DNA from: Narcine bancroftii
Lineage: Eukaryota
Direction of reading: 5' to 3'
Assembly (NCBI RefSeq): GCF_036971445.1
Contig: NC_091475.1
Coordinates: 49,042,001-49,106,000, forward strand
DNA: 64,000 bases
A program made the translations under genes and the position numbers. The notes beneath the pieces were generated by a model. The model was not told where the DNA came from and made no database searches. It saw only the letters and a program-made list of their open reading frames with translations. This document shows positions 38,660-50,210 of this stretch, in pieces. Position 1 is the first letter of the stretch. Each line of letters starts with the position of its first letter.

Positions 38660-39400
38660 AGACCACACTTGGACAACTGTGTGCCATTCTGGTCACCAAC
38701 CATAGGAAGGTCATCAATAAATTGGAAGGGGTGGAGAGGAGATTCACCAGAATGTTGGCAGGACTGGAGGGCTTGAGTTTAGATATTGGATAGGTCTTAC
38801 TCAGGCAGCAGGGCTGGCATAGCGTTTAGCACAATGCTGTTACAGCACCAGCGTTTGGGACTGGGGTGCGAATTGCATACTGCCTGCAAGGAGTTTATAC
38901 ATTCTCCCCAAGTCTACGTTGGTTTTCTTTGGGGGCTCCAGTTTCCTCCCATCGTTCAAAACGTACCGGGAATATAGGTTCATTGGGTGTAAACTGGGAT
39001 GCATGGGCTTGTGGGTGAATGGCTGGTTACCGTGCTGCATGCATGACTAAATACTCCTTGGACATAGTGGACTTAAGAGGTATACAAAAATAATAATGAG
39101 CATGGATAATATACTCACATTTCCCAGCACAGAGAATTCTAGAACTTGAGGGCAAAGGTTTAAGATGAGACAGGAGTGATTTAAGAGGGACCTACGAGCA
39201 ACTTTGTTCACTCAGATGGGAGTCCGCATCTGAACGAGATGCAAGAGAAGTACAACTGTGTTGTTCAAAAGACATTTGAACAGATATGGATAGGAAAGGT
39301 TTAGAAGGCTATGGACAAATTAAAGGCAACTGGGACTATCCCAAAAATCTACTTGTTCAGCATTGACAAATTGAGCTGAAAGGCCTGTTTCATACTGCAT
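38660..39400 (+). mobile_element. CR1 3' fragment interrupted by a tRNA-derived SINE (38803-39050)
   Basis: RPHLDNCVPFWSP in ORF 38585-38776. SINE head ggggctggcatagcgtttagc... and core gggctccagtttcctccca. Confidence 0.7.
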
Positions 39401-41039
39401 TACTCAAAATACATACACAAGAACATTTATTTATCCTTTTATGTTTATCACCAAGGGTGCAGTGCTAATTATTTTAGGTGCCAGAGCTCACCAAAAACAG
39501 CAACAAGGAGGGGCCCTGGAGCTGCCCCCTGAAGTGGCCAGAGCTGAGCTCCGGCAACAAGGCTTGTGGCCTATTGTGAAACTTCAATTTATATTATCCT
39601 GTGTGTATAATATGTGCCCAAGTCTCTGCAGCAAACTATCACCACATCTGTACATTTTACTTGAGCCCATGACTATAAAAAACTTTCTTATTATACAATG
39701 TTGCAGAACAATAGGACACTTCCAGGACAAAGCACAATTTGACTACCTTCATTGCCATAAATGACAATCATGATTGACAATACTGGATAATTAGATAATC
39801 AATTCTTTAAAATGAGACAACCATTTAGTCAAAAGTGAATTTCAGGAGAAATCAAGCTTAAGCAGGGAAATTTCCTGATAACTGTGACACACAGGACACC
39901 TGAACAAATCCCAGTCAGTACTTGATTATCATCCACTGTTCTTCATTGAAATGGGGACTTGAAAATTCCAGCAAAGACAATCAACTAGCAAAAAGGTAGG
40001 ACTTCCAGCAGCTCCAGAAATTTTTTTTTATATATAAAAAGTTTATACATATCCAAAAAATAAATCAGAAAGCCCAGCTTAATCAGTGGATTAATATAAA
40101 GGACAATTCCCTTTGTAGAATAGACATTAACATTTTGCAGCCCCCACTGCTCCTTCCTTCAGACCATAACTCCGCATTCAATATGCTAGTCCCTAGCAAC
40201 CCCATTAAAAAATTTTAGGATCTTGGCCCCCTTTATAACTGGACCGTTGACTTCTTGTCTAAAAGATTGCAACCAGTGAAGATGGGAAACATTCCGCCCC
40301 CAACAATCACAATGTCCTCAAAGATGTGAGATTCTGTCCCTTCAATAACCCCCCCCCCATTCCATCTTCAAATTTGCTGACATCACAGTTGTGGGCTAGG
40401 TATCAAATAAAATGAGAATGCAGGAAAAGGAAATGATCATGAACTTCATGAAGTCCACATGTCTGTCCACATTAATGGTAATTAAGTCAAGAGCAGACAA
40501 GTTCAAATTCTCAGAAACAAGTATCGAATGACCTGAGATAAGTAACTTGATGCAACAATCAAGAAATCACATGAACGCCTCTACTTTCTTAGTTCAGCAC
40601 ACCCCTATTGTTCCTCAATGACTTCTGGAGGTGCTCCATCAAAACCATACTTGCTGGATACATCAAAGCATGGAATGGGAGTAGCTCTGTTCAAGATCAG
40701 CAGTGAATGGAGCTCGGAATATCACACCCCCTTTTGTCACTTCCTTGGACATCATCTGCATCCCCACTACCTAGAAAGGGCAACCAGTACAAAGACCTGC
40801 CACCTTCCTCCCATCAGTGAGAAGGCTTCTGAGTATTTTTTTAAAAAAACATTGACCAACAGGCTGAAAGAGTTTCTTCCCTGCAGCCATCAGGCTCTGG
40901 AATAAACCCCCTAATAATGCTTTACTGCTGCCCTTGATGTTTCTCATATATTGCAACCCTAAATATTCTGTACTCTTTATTCAGCTGCAACTTCAGAGAT
41001 ACCTGTTCGCAGAAGAACCCTTCTCACTAGATTAGTTAT

Positions 41040-41880
41040 TTTTGTGTCAAATTAGTAAACTCTCCGCACCCCTCCCTCGTGACATTGCCTTGGTTTTATC
41101 CAGGATGACTCTCAGCCACACCATGAGTTGGGTGGGAACAACAGGTTTAACAACATTCTTAAAGTGACGAACTAAAAATTCCAATTTGGCCTCGGAGGGG
41201 CAGCGACAACCATCGTCATTAATACGCCCGTTTCGTACACAGGGGTGGGAGGGAGGATGGACATCGTTTGATTTAAACCAAATTTCTCCGGCAAAATAGG
41301 CATCCCCAAATTCCCTTGAATCAGTTACTTGAAGCCCAATAGGTAGAAGCGCGACCCGCCCAGCGGGCGCATCCATTCCCCCGGCACACGGGGCGAAGCT
41401 GATACCTGTTGCATTAAAGGTGAAGAGCCGAGTCACAAGAAGAGTGGGGAGAACGTCGGGAAAACCTTATCGGCTGAGGTTTCAAGAGTTTGATTTCCAA
41501 CTTATCTTGGACGGAGAAGAGTATCCCCAAACAATACTACTCGTGACAATAGTTTTACTATTGTAAAATAGTTTTACCAGCGCTTCCAAAATGTGCACAA
41601 CAGTCGGAACTCCGGACTGAACGCAACTAAAGGCGAAAGCCTCCTTCCTCTGCCCCCTCCCCCCTCCGGCCCTGGGCCCCTGCTCTGAGAGCCCCGGCAC
41701 CCGCTCCTTACCTCTCCGCTCGCCGACTGCACTACCGGAGGAGGGGCGGCGCCTGCAGTTTTTATGCCTCCAATCAGCTGAGAATCTGCGTCCTGCTGCC
41801 CCCACCCTCCAAAGCCTCGCCTTCTCGTCGCATCGGGGCTACTGCCCAGAAAGTTTCCCCACTGGAGTGACTTGCTGCCT
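41040..41880 (-). promoter_or_regulatory. CpG-rich region: candidate UPK1B promoter and short non-coding exon 1 (about 41735..41712)
   Basis: The only CpG-dense non-repeat segment I saw. On the minus strand: E-box CAGCTG (41775-41780), CCAAT box (41770-41776), TATA-like CATAAAAA (41766-41759), GC box (41741-41750), then a strong donor GAG|GTAAGG with GT at 41711-41710. Confidence 0.65.
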
Positions 41881-43065
41881 CTTTTGACCAGTATTTCCAT
41901 AACTCAATTTGTATTTCAGGTATTTTGCTTAAATACAGCATTAATCAGCTGTCATTTTGATTGAGTTGAGACACTTAATGACCCGCAGAAGGGTAGTAAA
42001 AGAAACTGTTACCTTCTTGAATGTACTTGATGACAATCAGCAACTCTATGTTATCGTTGAAAAGACGGTTGGACATTCATGTAATAAAACAGAAATACTT
42101 TAACCAAAAATATACTTTATTCACCATAAATTATTTACAAAGAAAAAATCTTTCAAGTCTTTTAATACTCATAATGTGAGCCATATCTATACATTCTCAT
42201 CAATTTACATTGTTCTCTCAATACACATTACCACCACTGTGACACCTTGTCATTATTCCCCACTCTATTGCTTGATGGACTTCCCCCTTGGTCTCAGCCT
42301 CTCAGTGCCCAATAATGGGAGGAATCTAGTCTAGACTGTGGTCCTTTGCCACAGTGCCCTTGTGTTGTCTGTGCCAAATATCTGTGCATCCCTCAGCATG
42401 TACTCCTGCAGCCTGGAATGTATCAGTGGTACATTCCCTCACTAACATCTCAGTATGCAGAAAGACCAAAAGGTACTGAGCAAACTAATGTGTGTCTTTC
42501 ACCGAGTTGATGGTCTTCCAGCAGTTCTGGATGTCTGACTCCAAGTGTGTCCCTGGGATCACCCCGTAGATCAGAGTCCTCTTCAGCAAAGAGATGGATG
42601 GCTATCTCCACTCTGATGCAGTCATCTCAAGGACAACATGCGTGGTGGGTGATGTTCCATTTGAACAAGATGAATCTGACGGGGAGGGCTCCTCTCACCG
42701 CCAGCCAAGCCAACTCCTGGTGCTTGTTTGTGAGCTCTGATGATGAGGCATTCTGCCAGATAACCTGGACAGTCTGAACAATCCCACTGGATCCACGAGT
42801 CCTTATCTCTCAGTTTCACCAGGACTTTCCTTGCTGACCACCACCTGATGGCCTTGAGGACAAAGGTATTGTTCTGGAAAAAGTTTTCCATGAAGGATAG
42901 ATGGTGTGGCAAAGTCCAGCTAACTAGGAGATGGTACAGGAACAGGGCCTTCCTTCACAACACCTGGGACAGGTAGAATCTCAGCATATAGCGGCACTTG
43001 GTGCCCTCCTATTTTGGTTCCACGCACAGCAGCTACACACAAAGATGGTCATCAGGATGAGGATC

Positions 43066-46000
43066 GAAGAAGTCATGTGATGGAGTAGTGGCCGGTAGGG
43101 TAATACCAGCCCTCGCCAGAAAAGAAGAAAAAAAGTTAAGAAAAGACAAAGTTCAATAAATACAAAATATAAGAAATAAAAGATAAAGTTGTAGAGAAAA
43201 GAAAAAAAATGGCACCCAAGAAGGAAAAAGTAAAAATGGGAAAAAAACAAGAAAAGACGCCGGAAAAGAAAGGAGAAGGCCTTACCTGCACAAAGAAACA
43301 GAGAACCGTGGTGGAGAAGAGGACCCGATCTCCAAGGTTGGTGTCAGCCCTGCGGAGTCGAGATCCCCCGACCGCTGGACTGCAAAAATGGATCTCTGAG
43401 CCAAACAAAAGTACACAAACTAAGGAGGAGGAGAACACCGACGGGAGGGGGGTTCAGCTGAGGAGCGGGCAACCACAGCACGACCAGCTGAGGAATGCCC
43501 GACACCAGGCTCTCAGCTGAAAGAAGAAGAAAGTGACAGGAGAGGGAGTGAAAGGCAAGAGAGCAGCAGCAGGAGGCTCAGATGAGCAGCTAAGAAGAAG
43601 AGGCCAAGCAAGAAGAGGCCCAACAAAGTGAGACAATCAACTCATCAGGAAAGTCAAAAGAGATACAGATATAAAGAAGAGAAGAAGAAGACACAAACAC
43701 AGGTACAAACACAGAAGAAGAGGAAGAAGAAAACCAAGATCTTCACAGAGAAATAGAAGGTAAAACAAATGGACAGAATATAGATAAAGCTTTTTTTCAA
43801 GAACAAATGAGAGCATTAAAAGAATGGTTGTCATTAGAATTTAGTGCAATTAAAAGAAAAATGAAAAGAACAGAAGATAAAGTGCAAAGATTTGAGCTAG
43901 TCATGACAGAAATAGTGAAAAGAGTAGAAAATGTAGAAGAACAAGAAACGGCTGTATAAATGGAAGTAAATGACTTAAGAAGAAAATTGGAAGAAAATGA
44001 TTAAAAAAATTAGAGTCACAAGAGTTGTTAGCTCAGAAAATTGATGTGATGGAAAATTATAGTAGGCAAAACAACATAAAAATAGTGGGCCTGAAGGAAG
44101 ATGAAGAAGGCACAGATATGAAGGAATTTATAAAAGAATGGATCCCGAAGGTCCTGGGAACAACAGAAATGCAGGAAGAATTGGAAATAGAAAGGGCACA
44201 CAGAAAACTAGCTCCGAAAACACAGACACATCAAAAACCAAGATCCATTTTAGTAAAATTTTTGAGATATACGACAAGAGAAAATATACTGGAGCGGGCA
44301 AGAAATAAAATTAGAGAAGACAATAAACCATTGGAATACATAGTCAAAAAATATTTTTTTTACCCAGACATAAGTTTTGAACTCTTAAAGAAGAGGAAGG
44401 AGTTTAATACAGTAAAATCAATCCTATGGAAAAATGGTTATAAATTAATGTTAAGACATCCAGCTGTGCTTAAAATATTTATCCCTGGGGAGCAAAACCG
44501 ACTGTTCTCAGATCCGGAGGAAGCACAAGAATTTGCAGAACGCTTGCAGGACAGAAGGAGAGATGAAGAGATGTAACAAGAATGAAGAACAGCGATAAAA
44601 TATATATAAAGATGTAAAAATAATGTATATGTAAAGAACTAAAGAAGGGAAAGAGAAGGGAAGAAAGGAAGTAAGGGGAAAAAGGGGATAAATTTGTTAT
44701 ATGTGTAAAAAAAAGTGTTTTCTGGCGGGTTGGGGGGGAGAATAACCATCACTGCGAAATCAGTTGACACTTGCGAGCAGGTTTGTAATTCAAATGGAAA
44801 GAGGAGTTGTGGTTGCCCGGCAAGGGATAAGGGGCAACTCAGAGAGGGGGGTGATATTTGGTGTTAAGGGAATATTGGATGTGGGAGTTGTTAGAGTATT
44901 TTATGTTTTAAATGTGTTGTCATACATTGAGTTTAAAAAGGTAAAACAGAGATAAAAATGGGGAAAAGGGGGGGTGGTGGTGGTGAGGAAGTGGAAATGA
45001 GGTATAAGCAGGATATGAGATGACCACGTTGAACTATATGACTATAAACATTAATGGAATACATAACCAAATTAAAAGGAAAAGGCCATTAAATTTACTG
45101 AAAAAAGAAAAAAATAGATATAGCATTTGTGCAGGAAATGCATCTAACTGAAGTGGAACAGAACAAAATAAAGAGAGATTGGGTAGGGCACATAGCGGCA
45201 GCATCATATAATTCAAAAGCTAGAGGTGTCGCTATATTAATAAATAAAAATTTTCCAATCAAAATAGAGGAGGAAATAATAGATCCAGCAGGGAGGTATG
45301 TAATGATAAAGTGTCAGATATATTCAGAATTTTGGAATTTGCCCAATATATATGCACCTAATGAAGAGGATCAAAAGTTTATGTAAGATATTTTTTTGAA
45401 GATTGTAGTTACACAAGGAAATATATTGATAGGATGGGATTTTAATTTGGATCCAATGTTGGATAAAACTGGACAAAAGACTAGCAAAAAGAATAAAGTG
45501 GCCAAATTTATGGTTAAATCAATCCAGGAAATGAAACTTATCTATATATGGAAGAGGCAGCACCCAAGAGAGAAGGAATACTTATATTATTCAAGTAGGC
45601 ATAAAACATATTCAAGAATTGATATGTTTTTGTTGTCGGCCCATATTCAAGGGAGAGTTAGGAAAACTGAGTATAAAGCTAGATTACTATCTGATCATTC
45701 ACATCTGTTATTAGCAATAGAACTGGAGGACATCCCACCAAGAACATAGAGATGGAGGTTAAACTCCATGCTACTTAAAAGGCAGGAATTTAGAGAGTTT
45801 ATTGAATGCCAAATTAAAACATATTTTGAAATAAATACGGAATCAGTGAAAGAAAAATTTATATTATGGGACGCAATGAAAACCTTCATTAGAGGGCAGA
45901 TAATAAGTCATGTAACTAAGATGAAAAAGGATTACATCGAGAAATAGAGCAGTTGGAAAGGGAGATAGTAAGTACAGAAAAGGAATGAGGAAAAAGGGAT

Positions 46001-49000
46001 GATATAACAAAAAGGAGAGAATTGGCAGAAAAAAACAATAAAATACAAAACATTACAAATGTATAAGGTGGAGAAGAACATAATGAAAATAAAGCAAAAG
46101 TATTACGAACTAGGAGAAAAAACAAATAAAATATTAGCCTGGCAACTTAAAACAGAACAAGCTAAAAGAACTGTATGGGCATCAAGGAAAAAGGACAAAC
46201 AAATTACATATAATCCAATAAAGATTAATGAGAACTTTTAAGGAATTTTATGAACAATTATACCAAACTGAGAACATGGGGAAAGATGATAAAATAGAAG
46301 AGATTTTAGCTAAAATTGAACTGCCGAAAATGCAAGAAGAGGAACAAAACAAACTGATAAAACCATTTAAAATAGAGAAAGTACAGGATATATTAAAAAA
46401 GCTGCTGAACAATATAACGCCTGGAGAGGATGAATTCCCAATAGAATTCTATAAAACATTTAAAGAGTTAATTCCTCCTGGAAGTAATGAACCAGACAGA
46501 AGAAACACAAAACTTGCCAGATTCATGTCTTCTTTTCTTCTTTGGCTTGGCTTCGCAGACGAAGATTTATGGAGGGGGTAAATGTCCACGTCAGCTGCAG
46601 GATTGTTTGTGGCTGACAAGTCCGATGCGGGACAGGCAGACACGGTTGCAGCGGTTGCAGGGGAAAATTGGTTGGTTGGGGTTGGGTGTTGGGTTTTTCC
46701 TCCTTTGTCTTTTGTCAGTGAGGTAAGACAGCAATAATTACAGTAATACCAAAGATGGGGAAGGATCCACTAACACCAGCATCATATAGACCAATATCTC
46801 TACTTAATTCAGATTATAAGATAATAGCAAAATTATTAGCAAACAGATTGGCCGATTGTGTACCAAAAATAGTAAAACAACATCAAACTGGATTTATTAA
46901 GAAAAGACGAACAGCAGATAATGTCTGTAAATTTATTAATCTAATTCATGTAGTTCAAGGAAATAAGAAGCCAACAGTGGCTGTTGCTTTAGACGCAGAA
47001 AAAGCCTTTGACAGAGTAGAATGGAATTATTTATTCAAAGTATTACAGAGGTTCAATCTACCAGAAAAATATATTAATTGGATTAAAGCATTATATAATG
47101 GACCATTGGCAAAGGGTAACAGTAAATGGATATGTATCGAACCAATTTAAATTAAATAGGTCAACTAGGCAGGGATGTCCATTATCCCCCTCACTGTTCG
47201 CTTTAGCAATAGAACCATTGGCAGAACGGATAAGAACAGAAAATAAAATAAAAGGAATGAAAATAAAGGAGGAGTATAAAATCAGTTTATTTTCAGATGA
47301 CATCATAGTATACTTAACAGAACCAGAAATATCAATAAAAGAATTACATAAGAAATTGAAGGAGTACGGTGAAATATCGGGGTACAAGATCAACACAAAT
47401 AAAAGTGAAGTGATGCCAATGAGTAATGCAGATTATACAGAATTTTAAAAAGAATCACCATTTAAATGGCAAACACAAGCAATCCAATATCTAGGTATTA
47501 GGTTAGATAATAACTTAAGCCACCTGTACAAATTAAATTATCAGCCACAAATAAAGAAATTGCAGGAAGACTTAGAACATTGAAACGAATTACCACTAAC
47601 ATTGATAGGGAGGGTAAATTGCATTAAAATTAATGTCTTCTCATGGATACAATACTTATTTCAATCATTACCAGTTCCCTTAACAGATAAATTCTTTAAT
47701 GAACTAAAGAGAATAATAAGGAAATTCTTGTGGAAAGGGGGGAAACTGAGGACAGTGTTAGATAAATTAACAGAGAGGTACAACCAAGGTAGTTTGCAGT
47801 TACTAAACTTTAAAAATTATTATAGAGCCACATAATTAAGGTATTTATCTGATTTTTTTACCAGACAAGGGAAAAACCAGACTGGACTAAGATAGAACTA
47901 GATAAAATAGGGGAGCAGGTACCGGAACATATAATTTATAAGTGGGATGAAAAGCTGGTACAATATAAAAGTTCACCAGTACTGCATCATTTACTCAATA
48001 TATGGAAGAAGATTCACTTAGAAAGGGAAAAAACAAATTACCAAATACCAAAATTATTATTGTCGCAAAATCATCTAATCCCTTTTACAATAGATAACCT
48101 TTCCTTTAGTGAATGGGAGAGAAAAGGAATTAAAAGAATAGAAAATTGTTTGTTGGGAAATAATTTATTAACATTTGAACAGTTGAAGTACAAATATGGA
48201 ATAACTCATGGTACAATGTTTGCATATCATCAATTGAAAGCTTATTTAAAGGATAAATTGGGAAACAGACTGAGATTACCAGAAGGAAGCAGTTTGAATA
48301 TGTGATTACAGACACAATGATCATTAAAAGATTTATAACCAACATGTACATTAAGCTGCAAGATAAGGAAAAAGATGAAATAAGCTAAAACCCCAAACAA
48401 AAGTGGGAAAAGGATTTAAACATAAAGATAAAAAATGAAACATGGGAAAAGTTATGTTCTGGAACTATGAAGAATATAATAAACACAAAGTTACGCATGA
48501 TACAGTATAATTGGTTACACGGGTTATATATAACGCCCCAAAAGTTAAAAGAATGGGATCCAACATTATCAGATAGATGTTTTCACTGTAAGAAGGAAAT
48601 GGGAACAACAGTACATGCAATTTGGGCATGTGAGAAAGTGAAAATGTTTTGGGAAGATCTAAATCAGATATTAAATAAAATCACAATAAATAACATGACA
48701 AAAAATCCAGAGATCTTTCTTCTAAGTAATATAAAAAGTAAGGAATTAGGCCTCAAATTGGATAAAGCACAAAAAAGATATATTATGATAGCCTTAGCAG
48801 TAGCAAAAAAATGTATAATGTCAACTTGGAAAATGGAAGAGAGCCTGAGAATACAGCAATGGTACATGGAAATGAATAAATGTATTCCATTGGAAAAAAT
48901 AACATAATTTAAAAAATGAAGTCACATTATTTGAACAAATTTGGGAACCATACATGGAACAGAGAGGGCTTGCCTCGGACCTCCACCCCCAAAAATGATA

Positions 49001-49271
49001 AGAAGACAAAACGACTTTATCCAGTGTGTAAAAGTAGATGACACATTTTTCTTGTTTATTTTTAATTGTGTGATGACATTGTTTAATGGTTTTATTGCAT
49101 TGTATATGTTGAATATTTATTAGTTTTGGAGGGCTGTGGGAAGGGGGGAGGGAAGGTAGGTGGGGGAAAAAAAGGGAGAAAATGCCACTGTGTATATTTA
49201 ATGAGAAACGTTTGTATATATTTTGGTTGATATGGTTCACAGTATGAAAAATAAAAAAATTATTTTAAAAA
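43066..49271 (+). mobile_element. Full-length (about 6.2 kb) L1-clade LINE, inactivated by stops and frameshifts
   Basis: Perfect 12-bp TSD AGGATGAGGATC (43054-43065 / 49272-49283). ORF1 pieces 43209-44576 (ENYSRQNNIKIVGL, LEIERAHR). ORF2 pieces from about 45020 to 48950 (QEMHL, SDH, YRPISLLN, LDAEKAFD, RQGCPLSP, LFSDD, CFHC...HAIWAC). AATAAA plus A-tail. Confidence 0.96.
46528..46724 (-). mobile_element. RTE LINE 3' fragment, copy 3 (inside L1 ORF2)
   Basis: Matches the 3' end of copy 1. Removing it restores the L1 reading LPDSC|KTAIITVIPK. Confidence 0.92.
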
Positions 49272-49520
49272 AGGATGAGGATCATGATGGATATGCCCTT
49301 GTCTGGCAACTTGTACATTGTGCCTTTTCAGACCCTCTCCATTTTGTACCCCCATATAAATTGGAAAACTTCTCTGGTAACCATCAGGGCGTAGGTGTGG
49401 TGGATGGGCCACACCTGCACCATGTACAGCAGCACCAAGAGCACCTCACACCAGATTACCTTTAACACTGGTAATTTAACTTGTCTCAAATAATCTCTTC
49501 TGATCATCTCTCAGAGATTC

Positions 49521-49868
49521 TGTTACAGAGTTCTGTGTTGTGTATTGGCCTATGCAATGTGTGGATTTATGTTAAAAAGTGACAGTTTGCCTTAGAGAGT
49601 CAAGGTGAATGTGGACTGCTGAAAGAGTGGGAGACAGACTGAGCATGTGCAGAAAATGATCTAAAAATTTCTGGACTTGGATGATAAACCACCACTGGGG
49701 GTGCTGTGGAGTGGGAGAAGGCCCAAAGCATGAGTCATGGTCTGGAGGACAGTTTAGAATGTTGGGATTTCAAAAAGGATGAACATTCCGAAGGCAGCCA
49801 GAAGGATCCGGACCAAGCCAGTTGTTCCTCTCTCTGCAAGCAAAACAGGACAACTTCGAATTTTGTGT

Positions 49869-49905
<37 letters not shown>

Positions 49906-50210
49906 GATCTTTTGGCTTCAGTTCACCAAAAAAACTGAATATTGAGATCGAAGTTTTGTGAGTCTTGTGTGTTTTGTGTCTAAATTTTTCTGTGTGTTGG
50001 TTGGAAATATAACTTAGACTTTAATTACATATGTTATATTTAGGCTGGAGAATTTATTAATTTTACACTGTTATAGAAATTTGCATAGTAACCAGTGGGT
50101 ATTGTTATAAAAGGGGGATTTTGAATTAAAGTTTGAAGGTGAATTTTTTTTGTTAATAAAGTAATTGTTCAAAGAAGGCATGTGATATGCCTTCTTTGTG
50201 GTTGCTGGTT
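49521..50210 (+). mobile_element. LTR-like fragment with (CT)n microsatellite (about 49870-49902), 3' end missing
   Basis: Starts TGTTACA. AATAAA at 50155-50160. No CA terminus or TSD found; it runs directly into L1 ORF2 sequence. Confidence 0.45.

Noticed and set aside
41047-41900. Several 100-130 aa ORFs in the CpG-rich region
   Set aside because: Expected in GC-rich, stop-poor DNA; no recognisable domain.
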